Shown: piece by piece, positions 28,803 to 44,361 of the stretch | How positions within the stretch are numbered: position 1 is the first letter of the stretch | How the letters are laid out: each line of letters begins with the position of its first letter | NCBI GenBank assembly: GCA_964016885.1 | Contig: OZ024741.1 | Coordinates: 123,938,001 to 124,002,000 of the forward strand | Source: Eledone cirrhosa | Lineage: Eukaryota | Length of the DNA: 64,000 bases | Direction of reading: 5' to 3' | Notes under the pieces: model-generated | Databases searched by the model: none | What the model was told of the DNA's origin: nothing | Seen by the model: the letters and a program-made list of their open reading frames with translations, nothing else | Made by a program: the position numbers and the translations under genes

Positions 28803-28807
<5 letters not shown>
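28305..28807. repeat. About 205-bp near-perfect fold-back between (TA)n tracts
   Basis: Arms 28365-28568 and 28596-28807; tail 28305-28364. Confidence 0.9.
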
Positions 28808-28864
<57 letters not shown>

Positions 28865-28966
28865 CATATATGTTTATATGCACACATATATATATATATA
28901 TTACATATATTATCATATATGTTTATATATGTATATATATATGTGTTTGTGTATGTCAGTGTATCC

Positions 28967-29027
<61 letters not shown>

Positions 29028-29037
29028 CATATATGTT

Positions 29038-29134
<97 letters not shown>

Positions 29135-29461
29135 CAGATGTTATCATATATGTTCATATATATATGTGTGTGTGTGTGTCTGTGTGTATCAGAGATAACA
29201 TAATAAGTGGAGCAGAAAAATGTCATGTTTGATGGATACTGCCAGGCTTCTGAGTTTTTTTCGGTCTTCTGCTTCTTCCATTTCATGTAATTAGGTGATA
29301 ATTTTGAAATAGTCTTGACATATTTATGATAACTTGTAACTTGTCCAGATGTAAAAGATACATACGTTGTGGTGCTGGGGTGGGTATATAAGTCCGTGTT
29401 TAGCTGAATATATATATATATATAAATACACACATACACACACACATATATAAATATACAA

Positions 29462-29903
29462 TATATTAATAAATGGAAACTATATTTATAAAACCATATT
29501 TATTTTATTAAACATATTGCAAGGGCAACCAAGGCAAATTGTGGTGCGCTTTCATCAGATAAAATACAGATTTGTTTTATTAATAAATATTGACATACCG
29601 GAAAAAAGACAACCTTAACGGTTGGAGCTTCCTGGATAGTGGAGATAATACTTTATTGAGGGTAATACAAAGTTATGAGTGAGTATGCAAATGAGTGTCC
29701 GAAAGGTTGAAAAGATAACGGTTTATTTAAATTAAACTGTTGGAAGAAGATGATATGTAAGGCAGAGAGAAAAAAAGAAAAAAAGAAAGGAGAAAGAGAG
29801 AATAGGAAAGAAAGAACGATTTTACATATTGATAGTGAAGATAGAGTGAATGAAGAAATATTTTTAAGCTTGTTGAATCCCAACAAATTAAATATAACCT
29901 CTA
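29462..29903 (-). mobile_element. HHR-bearing pLTR family copy (also at 39243-39427 and 59792-60006)
   Basis: About 180-bp shared module with HHR at 29502-29565 (GAAA changed to GCAA); end module tttttaagcttgttgaatcccaacaaattaaatataacc shared with 46384 and 59962. Confidence 0.8.
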
Positions 29904-29917
29904 CACACACACACACG

Positions 29918-29980
<63 letters not shown>

Positions 29981-29984
29981 GTAT

Positions 29985-30044
<60 letters not shown>

Positions 30045-30436
30045 ACATATATATACATGATACCTATATGTGTGTGCCTGTTTGATCATTCTATATGCTT
30101 TGTTTTATTGCTGATTTGATGTGATTTTTGCTGTGTGAGGATCGGGCAGGCTTCGAGTGTGGTCTGGGGTGCCATCCCAGGTCACGAGCCAGCTGCTTGA
30201 GAAACATTTGTAACCAGGTTTGAGCAATAAATCCCCCATGTAACGTCTCCACCTTGTTCTTATATATATATATGTTGGAGACGCAGGACATGGCAGGATA
30301 ATGAGGGACAGAGACGGCTGGAGAGAACTAGTCCATGGATCTCGGGAATTTTACCCGCCCTAGAAATATATATATTTATATACATATATGTATATATACA
30401 TATATTTCGATATACATATATATATATATATACATA

Positions 30437-30656
<220 letters not shown>

Positions 30657-30701
30657 CATATATATATTTACATATATATATATATACATATATATATATA
30701 C

Positions 30702-30758
<57 letters not shown>

Positions 30759-30780
30759 CATATATATATATATACATATA

Positions 30781-31350
30781 TTGCAAAAAACTTACATCGG
30801 CATGACCTCCAACAACTTTAAGACCCGTTGGTATGCCCATACCCACTCCTTCAAAAGACCGGACAAATCAAATCAGACAACACTCGCCTCCTACGTTTGG
30901 GACCTCAAAAGGAACTCCACCCCTTCACGCTTAAATGGAAAATACTCCAGAAAGCGCGCTCTTACAACGGAGGACACAAGGGCTGCGACCTTTGTATTTC
31001 AGAGAGCTACGAAATTTTATTCGCCAAGGGTCCGCTACTGAACAAACTCTCTGAACACTGCCCGAACTGCATGCACAAGAACTTTGCAACTTTCAAACAC
31101 TTTAAGCCAGTGTTAATGCCCGATGGCTAAAAATGACCTCCCCCTATTGGCCCCTATACCTCCTCCCCACCCTACCTCCACCTCTCCTCAACCTGAAATA
31201 CGGCCACTATGGTTATGTGAGAACCTCCTTCCTATCTACATTTTCTGCCTGTAGAGGTGTTTTTATGTGTCTGCGTATATGCGTATATTTATTGAGTACT
31301 TATTTATTTGTATGTGTATATATTTGTTTGTATGTGTGTATATGTATGTG

Positions 31351-31395
<45 letters not shown>

Positions 31396-31455
31396 ATATG
31401 GTTTTTATGTGTGTATATTTATGTATGTATATGTATGTATATATGCATGTGTATG

Positions 31456-31494
<39 letters not shown>

Positions 31495-31673
31495 CAGTAT
31501 ATGTGTGTATATATGTGTATGTATGTGTATGTGTATGTATGTGTGTATGTATGTGTGTGTGTATGTGTATATATGTATGTGTGTATATATGTGTGTGTGT
31601 GTATGTGTGTGTGTGTATATATATTTGTGTTTGTGGGCAGGTGTGTGTATATATGTGTGTGTGTATATATATG

Positions 31674-31729
<56 letters not shown>

Positions 31730-31777
31730 CGTGAGAGAGATATTTGTGTATGTGTGTGTGTATGTATGTGTGTATGC

Positions 31778-31813
<36 letters not shown>

Positions 31814-32098
31814 TTGTGTGTGTATATATGTGTATATTTATGTATAGGTCTGTGTATGTATGTGTATATATGTATGTATATGGATATATATATATATTTA
31901 TACATATGCATGTCTATATGTGTGTGTGTGTGTGTGTGTCTATATGTGTATATATGTGTGTGTGTGTATATATATGTGTGTGTATATGTATGTATATATG
32001 GGTATGTGTGTGTGTGTATGTATGTGTATATATGTGTATATGTGTGTATATATATATATATGTATATATATGTGTATGTGTATGTTTGTATATATATT

Positions 32099-32155
<57 letters not shown>

Positions 32156-32236
32156 ATGTGTATATGTATGTATGTGTGTGTTTGTTTATTTATATATATA
32201 TATATATATTTATGTATATATATATATATATGTGTG

Positions 32237-32303
<67 letters not shown>

Positions 32304-32343
32304 GTGTGTGTATTTATATATGAATATATGTATGAATGGTGTA

Positions 32344-32376
<33 letters not shown>

Positions 32377-32397
32377 GTGTATATGTATATATATATA

Positions 32398-32479
<82 letters not shown>

Positions 32480-32694
32480 GTGCTTTTTCCTTATATATGT
32501 GTATATGTGTGTGTGTGTATATATATATATATATGTATGTATGTGTGTGTGTGTATGTATATGTATATATTTGTTTATGTATATATATATATGTATATGT
32601 ATATGTATATATATATATATGTGTGTGTGTTTGTGTGTATGTGTGTGTATATGTATATATGTGTGTGTATATGCATTGTGTATATATATATATG

Positions 32695-32771
<77 letters not shown>

Positions 32772-33612
32772 ATATCTATGAGTCTTTATGTGTATATGTA
32801 TACACATGTATATTTGTGTTTGTATGTAAGTGTGTGAGTGTATTTTTATATGTTTATATATGTGCGTGTGTGTGTATATATATATGTATGTGTGTGTGTA
32901 TATATATGTGTGTGTGTGTATATATATATATATATTTTTATATATATATATGTGTGTGTATGTATATGTATGTGTATGAATATATTTATATATATGTGTG
33001 TGTGTTTTTATGTGTGTATATGTGTTTGTGTATGTGTGTTTATGGTTGCGCGTGAGTGTGTGAGTGAGTGTGTGTTTTTTTGTGAATGTGTCTGTTGATT
33101 TTTGACATATAGTTGATTAGTTTAAGAGAAGTTCGAAGATAATTGTAAGATATGCACTCAGTATTTTGAATCTGTCTACAGAATTCTATAAACCTTTGTC
33201 ACTTGGTAGAACCTTAATGATTTTAGCTTTTAAAGAATCTCCCTTTTCTTTAATTCTCTCTACCATGACTGACCCCCCCCCCCCCCCACTGATTTTATAG
33301 ACATCTGTTAGCTTAAGAGAAACTTAATGACAAGGAATGGTATGCCATCCGGAACCTGTTTATAGAATTCTGTCTGCCTTTGTTACTCTAAAAACATAAA
33401 TAAATAAAAATAAACTATAGCTTTGGAGAATTAGCTTTTAATGAATTCCCTTTTCTATCAACCAATGACCTACACCCATCCTACTCCCCACCCTCTCCTA
33501 CCATTTGTAGAGACCTATAAATACCATTTTTATTTTTTGATACCCAGATTCCTGATGATTTCTAAAGAATGAAACAGTTCTAGTCCTGTAGAATCTCATC
33601 TATATTAAAACT
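30781..33612 (+). mobile_element. 5'-truncated Naiad-type PLE with a 1.8-kb microsatellite in its 3'UTR
   Basis: [18 protein letters not shown]...(frameshift)LKWKIL...CDLCISE...[14 protein letters not shown] at 30781-31130; (TA/TG)n 31260-33090; terminal HHR then (TA)n. Continuity across the microsatellite is inferred. Confidence 0.8.
33546..33596 (+). ncRNA. Type I hammerhead ribozyme
   Basis: Stem I agattc/gaatct, CTGATGA, stem II (t)ttc/gaa(t), GAAA, stem III cag/ctg, GUA triplet. Confidence 0.82.
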
Positions 33613-33663
33613 ATATATATGTATATATATATAGCTATAACTATATATAACTATATATAGCTA

Positions 33664-33717
<54 letters not shown>

Positions 33718-34918
33718 TAGCTCTGATTTATCTAAATCAGCGAGCACTCTGCCGCTCATATCGAATTGTGTTTGTCGTGAACTCGTGCGCCGATCTTTCG
33801 GCACTCGATCATTCTAATATATTTAGCTCTGGACATAGCTATCCACCAGTTAATTTTATTGTTCATTTTTTGTCGATTCTATTGAGTGATGAATAGCTCC
33901 TGTTTATTTTAACATGTCTATTGAGCACTTTTATTCGATATGTGTATTTCCACATTTTCTCGAATAGTTTTCGCGGATGTAGAGGTTATCTCCCTTGCCG
34001 AATTCCATGTGCGTATTTAGCCTGGGTTAAGCCATTTTATCCGTTCGGACGAAGCTCGTTGAAGAAGTAAATTTCCTGTCCGCTGAATTCTAGAAGTCTT
34101 ATATATTTATATGTGAGCTGATAGAGAACAGTTTAAGGATTTACAGAAACCCATGAAGCTAGATTTAACATCTTCCTAGCGGGTCCGGGTATGCATTTTT
34201 ACATTCATTTAATTTTTCATCCTCAGTGTATACTGATATGTATACGGACATAGATATGTATATAGATATACATATATATATATACATATATATATACGTA
34301 TATATATATATATATACATTCATATATATTTATATATATATACATACATACATATTATATATATATATATATACAAACACAGACATATATATACACACAC
34401 ATATATTGTTATACTTTGGGAGGGTCATGTTGCTAATAAAAACACACGCATCTCTTGGTTTTCATTTCAATTCATTATAAGTTTGCGTTTGGCTGGCTGG
34501 TTGGATAACCAGAAGATTGTTTATATATTGCCAAAGCTCTTCCATCACAGATTATGTGACCTCCTCAGTGATTAGGTTTTTATTTTGTCTGTCTCTCCTT
34601 TGTTCTGTCCTACACCATCTTGTTTTTGTGTGTTGTGTGCTTAGTTTGCGTGTGCGTTACATCCTGGTGTATGTGTGTTTTTTTTATTTATTTGTTTATG
34701 TGTTTATTTACGTTTTCTATCTGTGTGTCTCTGATTGTTTTGTTAGTTTGGTTTATGTGTATAACAATATCTGTATCAACACACGTTTTCAGATGAGAAA
34801 TTTCGCAAAACGAATTTAAAAACGAATTATATACATATATATATATATATATTGATATATATATATAAATGTATATATATACATATATAAATATATACAT
34901 ACATACATAAATATATAC

Positions 34919-34961
<43 letters not shown>

Positions 34962-34963
34962 TA

Positions 34964-35168
34964 TAACAAAGGAAATGTGGTAAGGAACCAGATAGACCAT
35001 AACGCACTAAAGTACTCAATACTTAGGGTAGTAGAGTGGGTAATAGGAACGATAGGAACGAGTAGGACCCCGACGGCTGAGCTCAAGCCGTTTCGACGGC
35101 TAATTCTAGTCTAGAATTAGCCGTCGAAACGGCTTTAGCTCAGCCGTCGGGGTCCTACTCGTTCCTAT
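34964..35168 (-). mobile_element. TA-flanked insert ending in a 58-bp hairpin containing the 3' half of an HHR
   Basis: Arms 35052-35109 and 35111-35168 with a 1-nt loop; GAAA cggct..agccg TC gggg in both arms. Confidence 0.85.
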
Positions 35169-35187
35169 ATATATATATATATATATA

Positions 35188-35739
<552 letters not shown>

Positions 35740-36136
35740 GTGTCTGTGCGTGTGCGTGTATATATATGTGTGATGGTTCTACTGCGAGGCACTCAACTGT
35801 ACATTTATAATGAGATTGTCTTAATTTTCTAGTCAGCAGATGGACTGAGCAGTCATGGTAGAATGCGTGAAGACACACCGCAGCCGGTAATGCCAAGATA
35901 CAGAAAGTTCAGGCGACATATCTGTGAATGTACCTACAAGACAAAATCGCGTCTGAACATCACCTGTGTGCACATGATCGTGCAATATTCAATGAAATGA
36001 TGGCACTCTTCTGTCTTCAGACGAGCAATGGCAATAAACATCCTCCGAGCCCTCCACGCGTGAACATAATATTACTGTGTATTTTTGCATCCCTGTTTGT
36101 TTTAATACCTTTATCATATATATATATATATATATA

Positions 36137-36798
36137 GTAATAATAATAAATTTGAAGACTAAAAGAGGGCTCGATAAGGATAAATATATATCAAATATAT
36201 AAGAACCGTAGAGCAAATATTTATTAAAATACCAGATTAAAGTTTAAGCAAATAATCGCTGCTATCACCCTTAACGGGATCTTCTGAAACTAACAAAGTC
36301 AATCTGTAAACGCAGAAGTGGATATTTCAAAAAACGTTGCAACCGGAGGAAGACAGGAAGACGATTCTTTGGTTCGTGGAAACGTTCCCTGGCAAAGAGC
36401 GGGAAAACCGAATATAATACGTCATTATTAGGAGCGGTGAAAAACAATTACGCGCAAAGACAGAACCACGTTTATGGTATAAAGGAAGTCGTAGACTAGT
36501 GTTCTCTTAGGTGGTTCATAGAGACGTTCTCTGGCAATGAACGGAAAAAACGAAGATAATACGTCATATGTGGAGCGTGGAGAACAATTGCACACAAAGA
36601 CAAAACCACGTTAATTGTATAGCTGAAGTCGTAGACTAAAATTCTAACTAGGAAACCGAATGAATCAACGCTTCAGAATTAAGAATAAAGTAAATAAAAT
36701 ACAATACAGAGGTAATAGAAATTAGATAAATACATACACGCGATCGCGTTAAGGGTAAAAGCAGCGATTCTTTGCTTAAACTTTAATCTGTTATTTTA

Positions 36799-36806
<8 letters not shown>
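36137..36806. mobile_element. TA-flanked insert with 65-bp inverted arms and an internal 142-bp tandem duplication
   Basis: Arms 36217-36281 and 36742-36806; tail plus arm homologous to 1110-1232; direct units start at about 36371 and 36513. Confidence 0.8.
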
Positions 36807-36884
<78 letters not shown>

Positions 36885-36954
36885 ATATATATATAGTTCG
36901 GAATAACAGAAAACAAAGAAACAGACAAACGCAGGAATAAATGTTACAAATATT

Positions 36955-37132
36955 ATTGCAGTATTGGTAGAGGGTCGGACGCCATGCTTTGACGCATAGA
37001 GTTGCGGCCCTTGCCATTCTGAGTTCAAATCCCGCCGAAGTTAACTTTGCCTTTCATCCTTACGGGTTCGATAAAATAAAGTACCAGTAATACACTGGGT
37101 AATTACTGGCTTTGTGCCTAACGTAGAAACAA
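36955..37132 (+). mobile_element. Meta-domain SINE
   Basis: Near-full match to 1670-1852. Confidence 0.88.
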
Positions 37133-38253
37133 TTATTAGTTCCACTCTTGGGGTGTGTGGTTGCGACGTTTCGGGCATATATATATATATAACGTCCATT
37201 TTATTCCTACCAAGTATTTGACAATTTGTTTTAGATCAAATCAGTAGGTAATTGGAACTATTGAATTCACACTCAACACGCAGGCTCGCATCGTGTTCTC
37301 TTACATTCCTGTAGGGAACAGCATTTACCGTGTACATTATATCTTGGTACTATTACTAGGGAGATTGTCATGTTTTTGAAACTATTAAAGTATTCACCCC
37401 ATCCTATATGTTGCTGGTCTTCCACTGCTGTTGCCGTTCTTATCTCCAATTGATTTACTGTGGGTACTAGTGTGTTCATCGTGTAGGTCACCCCTACTAC
37501 AGATGCTGTTATACCCTTGAGACAACTGAAATATCTACACGTCCGTTTTCATCTTGTTTCTACAGCTGGATGCACTCCCTTCATCAGCCACCTAACAGGA
37601 TATATTTGTTCTAATTCCATAGCACCAACCCTCAAGAAGTAGTCGTTTTGTTATTTGAGGGTCTTCCCAACCTCTTTACAGCGTGTACGTCGAGCATTTT
37701 ATTGACACCAGCACTAGGGAAGTTGTTCTCTATAGATACGACCGAGGGGCTCTCGATACCCTACGTGGAGCTGTAATGTGTGAATACGATTGGAGAGGTA
37801 AGAAGGCTACATATATAATGAGTTACTGACAAGATGTACGGGGGAGAATGACGAGGTCGATGTTATGTCTATGTAACAAATGTTAGTGTGGTGAGAAATG
37901 GTGAGAAAATAAGTCATAGTTGTAAGACGTGTGGTGAAGTTTGACAACTTGATGAGAATACGGAGGTGGGGCGTACCCTTTGGTGAGGGTAGTAAGAAAG
38001 TGTGGTGGGGCTGTATGTCAGGTCATATTTTAACACTTTCAGTACCACATTTCTTATGAAATATGCGTAATTTCAATTGATTAATGAAGAACTTAAAGGG
38101 ATTTATTAAAATTATTAATTATTTCATTATTAAGATGCTATTTCTATCGTGCTTCACCCTGGAAGAAGAAAAAAACATGTTTAAGAAAATATATATATAC
38201 ACATACACATACACACAAATGGTTGTTATATCAAATTAGATTGGAAGATATTG

Positions 38254-38432
38254 TGGATTGGCAGTATCAGTAGAGGGTCGGACGCCATGCTTTCCAGCAT
38301 AGTTACGTCCCATTACGATCTGAGTTCAAATCCCGCCGAGGTTGACTTTGCCTTTCATCCTTACGGGGTCGATAAAATAAAGTACCAGTAATGCACTGGA
38401 TAATTTCTGGCCTTGTGCCTAAAGTAGAAACA
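38254..38432 (+). mobile_element. Meta-domain SINE
   Basis: Near-full match to 1670-1852. Confidence 0.9.
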
Positions 38433-38732
38433 ATTAATTTAAATAGTATCACTTTAAAAAGAAGAGGCTTTCCTTTCATATAAACCCAAGTGGGTTAGGG
38501 CGGGTTGGTAGCAAGAGTGTTAATGCTAGCAAATGAGTGTTCTCCAGTAATGCATTTCACTAATCCTCGTACGCCTTTATCACGTAATCCCAATATATCT
38601 TACGTAATATCAATTATTGTATATACTGATATCAAAATACTCGTACTAAATATACGTAAATATTACAAATTTTATTGATTAATTATAGTAAATAAAACTC
38701 ACACTTATAGCAACTAAAATTTAATATATGTA

Positions 38733-38771
<39 letters not shown>

Positions 38772-39205
38772 TCTCTGTTACTACCTCTCCTCCTCCTTCT
38801 TCCCGTTTGACCTATGCGTAATTCTTTTCTTTCGCACGCTGGGTCAGGCTGGTTCGCCTTTCTTCTCTCTCTCGTCTACGATTTCACAGACTAGATTCCT
38901 TCTTCCTCCCGTTAGACCTGTACGGAATTCCTTCCTTGCTCACATTCCAACCAGGTTTGATGTTCTTTATTCTCTCTCGTTCACGATTTCACCGAAATTA
39001 TATTCATGGAAATTTGGGACTAGACTCGTTCTTCCTCACTTTTCGTTGCTTCACCATCTTTGTTTGTTCACACTCTCGTGTCCCCTTTATTTACGTGTCC
39101 CAACGACGCTTTTAGCCGTTGCTCGCACCAACCGGAGGTATATGGTCTTTAAAGAGATGAAATACCAATGATGGTTGGAAGATCACTGATGAAGGACTAA
39201 CTTTA

Positions 39206-39246
<41 letters not shown>

Positions 39247-39320
39247 TTTCCAGGAAGCTCCAACCGTAAAGGTTGTCTTTTTTCCGGATATGTCAATATT
39301 TATTTATAAAACAAATCTGT

Positions 39321-39384
39321 ATTTTATCTGATCAAAGCGCACCATAATTTGCCTTGGTTGCCCTTGAAACATATATAATAAAAT
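39321..39384 (+). ncRNA. Hammerhead ribozyme copy, core mutated
   Basis: attttat CTGATCA aag..ctt GAAA catata TA ataaaat; G8 changed to C. Confidence 0.6.
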
Positions 39385-39455
39385 AAATATGGTTTTATAA
39401 ATCTAGTTTCCATTTATTAATATATTGTATATATATATACAATATATATATATAT

Positions 39456-39527
<72 letters not shown>

Positions 39528-40221
39528 TAAATTTATATATATATTCACTGCCTTTATTCATAACTAACATATCGTTAGGTCTGCAGTAAATATATATATA
39601 TATATATATATTTGTTTAATATACATGGATATCAAAATTTCCTTACTAAATCTATATACTTGCAAGCTTATTATAGAAAGATTGTTATTAACAATGACAT
39701 TTACACTTTTAACAATTGGATTTATTCCTTTCAAACCATGATATATTTAATACGTTTTATTAAACTGCCTTATCCTAACCATATATATATATATGTTTCA
39801 ACTTGTCATCTTTGAGCTGTTTTCATGGATTTTAATACTTATTTTTATCGTGATATATTAAGGAGTAGTTCATGTTTTATATGTTTTATTTATTCTAAAT
39901 ATTACTTTGAGCGGATTCTAAAAGGATTTTAATAAACTATTAAGTCACCCGTGTTTTAACTACTAATAGTGAATTGTCATAACAAAATAGATAGCTATAC
40001 GTGATTTAACATAAGTACCAACAATTGGCAACCTTAATTCTTTGGTTTATATATAAACAGTTAATGTACAACAGCTTTGCATGACCCTCACAGCATTGAG
40101 ATAAAACTCACCCTGTAAATGAGTATAATTATCCCATTATTATATATATATATCTAAATATATATATTGATAAATATATATATATATATATATTGACATA
40201 TATATATATATATATATATAT

Positions 40222-40393
<172 letters not shown>

Positions 40394-40415
40394 ATATATA
40401 TATATATATATATAT

Positions 40416-40477
<62 letters not shown>

Positions 40478-40603
40478 AAATATATTGAACTCCTTTAACC
40501 ATCTTTTGATCTTATATTATGCATACTCCAGTCCCACAAACTGTAGAGTGCTTCTTATCCGATATCTGCATTGCTTTATTGTACTACAATAAAACTCACC
40601 TCC

Positions 40604-40642
<39 letters not shown>

Positions 40643-40682
40643 ATATATATATATAAATATATATATTGATAAATATATATAT

Positions 40683-40777
<95 letters not shown>

Positions 40778-40778
40778 C

Positions 40779-40815
<37 letters not shown>

Positions 40816-41689
40816 TATGCACAGAGGTATCCACAGTAAGTTGAAAATGTTGTAGGTTAAGATAAATCTCGGAAAACAATAAATCATTAAAAGAAAAACA
40901 GTCTTGATATAAGTTAAAACAATGAAATAAAAAATCAAGTCATTAGAGATATACTTCACTGCTTTACGATCGTTTCTAAATGATGATAATACACTGTAGC
41001 TACTCCGTTATTGAACTGTGTAAGGTTAGTTACAAAATATCAGATAAAGAGAATATTTACTTACATGCATATCACCAGCTGTTTTCAAAAGCAATAATAA
41101 TTTTATTCAATAATAATTTTATTCAGAATTAGTAGTATCATGTCCTTATTTGGAGGTAGTTGAAGAACTAACGAATCAAATTGTTTTTTTCATATGGTGT
41201 TAAGATGAAAAGTAATACACTTTAGTTGAGGTCATGACCCTTTGAAAGGAATGGCTGAATGGCGTTAATAGTAGAATTGGCATACAAATCTATTAGGAGA
41301 AAGGGATTGTCAAACTGATAGTTGAATGTATCTGGTATAGTGAAGTTAAAAAGAATGTCAAAATAAATGGTGAGTAGTGTTGTATTGAGTTTTTAGGTGA
41401 ATATAAATTAAGGTTATAGCTAGGAAAGATAGTATATTAAAAGATGAAAATTATAATAAGATAATGAAATACAGTAATGCGATAATATACAACTTAACCA
41501 ACACAATATAGTACGGTGTGGTAAATTGCACTTAGTATAATATAGCATATGATACGCTCTAAAATAATTGTTTCTACTTGTGGCACAAGGCCAGCAATTA
41601 TCCTGTGTATTACTGGTACTTTAAGTATGTTTATGCATAAATAATCAAACTCAGATAAATACATGTTGGCATTGAAACAAATACCTAAA

Positions 41690-42997
41690 GTGGTTATTAC
41701 TATTACACCAAACAACCGAAAAACCACAACAACTATTACTACACGATCTATGACCAAGCACTCAAAATCTCATAATCTACCCAAAAATAACACCAAATAC
41801 AGCCACGGTAATTTACCAAATTCCACAAATAAGGATACTAACCATAGGAATTCTTCTAGAACACAACACAATAATATAAGTGATAATAAGAACTTAACTA
41901 CAAACCGCAAAAGAAACATGACATGGTACAACGCACGCTTCAACCTGCAAACTATTGGACAAATTCCCAAAAAGTTCTTTGAAATTCTACATAAACATTT
42001 TCCACCAAACCACAGATACCACCAAATATTTAACAAATATATTGTTAAATTCTCATACTCTACATCAAGCAATCTCCAGCAAAAAATAAGCAACTACAAC
42101 ATTTATAAACTTAAAAATAATATGACTACACCACCACAACATAATTTAAATAGGACTGCACATTTTAAAAAGGCAAATAATACAATCCTTCAACCTAGAA
42201 AACACAGCCACCCAAATCACCAATACAAAAACAACAGACCACAAAAGCACAATACAACCCTGGCACCAAACCACCCACAAAGCAACCTTCATTCTCCTGC
42301 TATCATTAATTACAATAGGGCGGTGGATTGGCAGTATCGATGGTCGGACGCCATGCTGTCCAGCATAGTTACGTCCCTTTACGATCAGAGTTCAAATCCC
42401 GCCGAGGTTGACTTTGCATTTCATCCTTACCGGGTCGATAAAATAAAGTATCAGTAATGCACTGGGTAATTGCTGGCCTTGTGCCTAAAGTAGAAACAAT
42501 TAATTACGATAGGAATAGCTCAAGGATTAATGAGAATAGTATAGGCACCCTCAACAACCATCTTACGTATGGCTGTAATTGCAGAAATAGAAGCATTTAC
42601 CCCTTAAATGGAAACTGTTTGATTAATAATGTAATATATAAATGCACTGTGTCTACTCGAGCCTCCAACAAAACATATATAGGATCTACATCAAACACAT
42701 TTAAGAAAAGATTTTACGTACACACTTGTAGTTTCAACAATACTAAACTAGCTAACACCACATCTTTAGCTGAAGCGGTAAATAATTATAAAAAGAAAAA
42801 AATAGATTTAGTTATCGTGGAACACCATTCTACAAAGAACTCCATATCTTGGGAACAGGAGCGAATGCAGATTATGTTCAGGGGAGATCTTGGAAATTAC
42901 TAAATCGAAGGACAATTTATTAAATAAAAGGCAAGAATTGATCATAGTTTGTAATCACCGTATACGAAGAACATTTAAATACTATAAACCTAATTAA
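41690..42997 (+). pseudogene. PLE ORF C-terminal half (thumb plus GIY-YIG endonuclease)
   Basis: RKRNMTWYN..KHFPPNH..IFNK..VKFSYS, CNCRN..PLNGNC..VIYKC..YIGSTSNTFKKRFYVH, CRLC, LLNKR; removing the 194-bp SINE plus TSD rejoins the frames; one later frameshift. Confidence 0.88.
42320..42498 (+). mobile_element. Meta-domain SINE inserted in the PLE ORF
   Basis: 15-bp TSD attaattac(a/g)atagg at 42305 and 42499. Confidence 0.92.
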
Positions 42998-43443
42998 ATA
43001 CTATACACCTAATTAAATATTCGAAATAGCAACTCACTATAATTCTATATAAAGTAACATTTATTAGTACCTCTTTCCTCTAATTATATGCATTCATGCT
43101 TATTTATATTTTTTACCTTTTAATGTTTTAGCTTCTTTAGGTTTATGCGTTAATGACTAAAGGCAACAAGGTACACAACCACCCGTAATTGTATGAGTAA
43201 ATATATATCTAATTATGATATGGAAATATATTTATGTGTGTGTATATATATATAAATATATATTTATGTATGTGTATATGTCTATGTATATATGTATAGG
43301 TATGTGTGTGTGTGTATGCGTATATATATATATATGTGTGTGTGTTTGTGTGTGTGTATATGTGAGTATAGGTGTATGAGTCTTTATATATGAGTGTGTG
43401 TACATGTATGAGGAGTGAACATATACACACATATATATATATA

Positions 43444-43494
<51 letters not shown>

Positions 43495-43495
43495 G

Positions 43496-43550
<55 letters not shown>

Positions 43551-44361
43551 GTATGTATATGTGTGATTATATATATATATATATGTATATATGTCGGTAT
43601 AGGTGTGTGTGTGTGGATATAGATATGTATGGATATGTATGTATATGATTATGTGCATACGTGTAAATGTGTATTTAGGTTTGCATCTATTTGTGCGTAT
43701 GTATATTTTGGTTGGATATCAATATAACCGTACCTCTCTCTATATATAGTGTGGGTATATGCACTTTGTAATGTATGAAATGTATGTGTTTTAATTATGC
43801 CAACAAGTATTTATCTGAGTTTGATTATTTATGCATAAACATACTTGATATTATTTTAGAGCGTATCGATAAAATAAAGTACCAGTAATGTAATGGTAAT
43901 TGCTGGCCTTGTGGCTAAAGTAGAAACAATTATTTTAGAGCGTATCATATGCTATATTATGCAATTTACCACACAGTACTATATTGTGTTGTTTAAGTTG
44001 TATATTATCGCATTACTATATTTCATTATCTTATTATAATTTTCATCTTTTAATATACTAACTTACCTAGCGATAACCTTAATTTATATTCACCTAAAAA
44101 CTCAATACAACACTAATCACCATTTATTTTGACATTCTTTTTAATTTCACTATACCAGATACATTCAACTATCAGTTTGACAATCCCTTTCTCCTAATAG
44201 ATTTGTATGCCAATTCTACTATTAACACCATTCAACCATTCCTTTCAAAGGGTCATGACCTCAACTAAAGTGTATTACTTTTCATCTTAACACCATATGA
44301 AAAAAACAATTTGATTCGTTAGTTCTTCAACTACCTCCAAATAACGACATGATACTACTAA

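Noticed and set aside
39180-39210. CTGATGA motif as an HHR (also at 23349)
   Set aside because: No correctly placed GAAA/stem III/NUH downstream.
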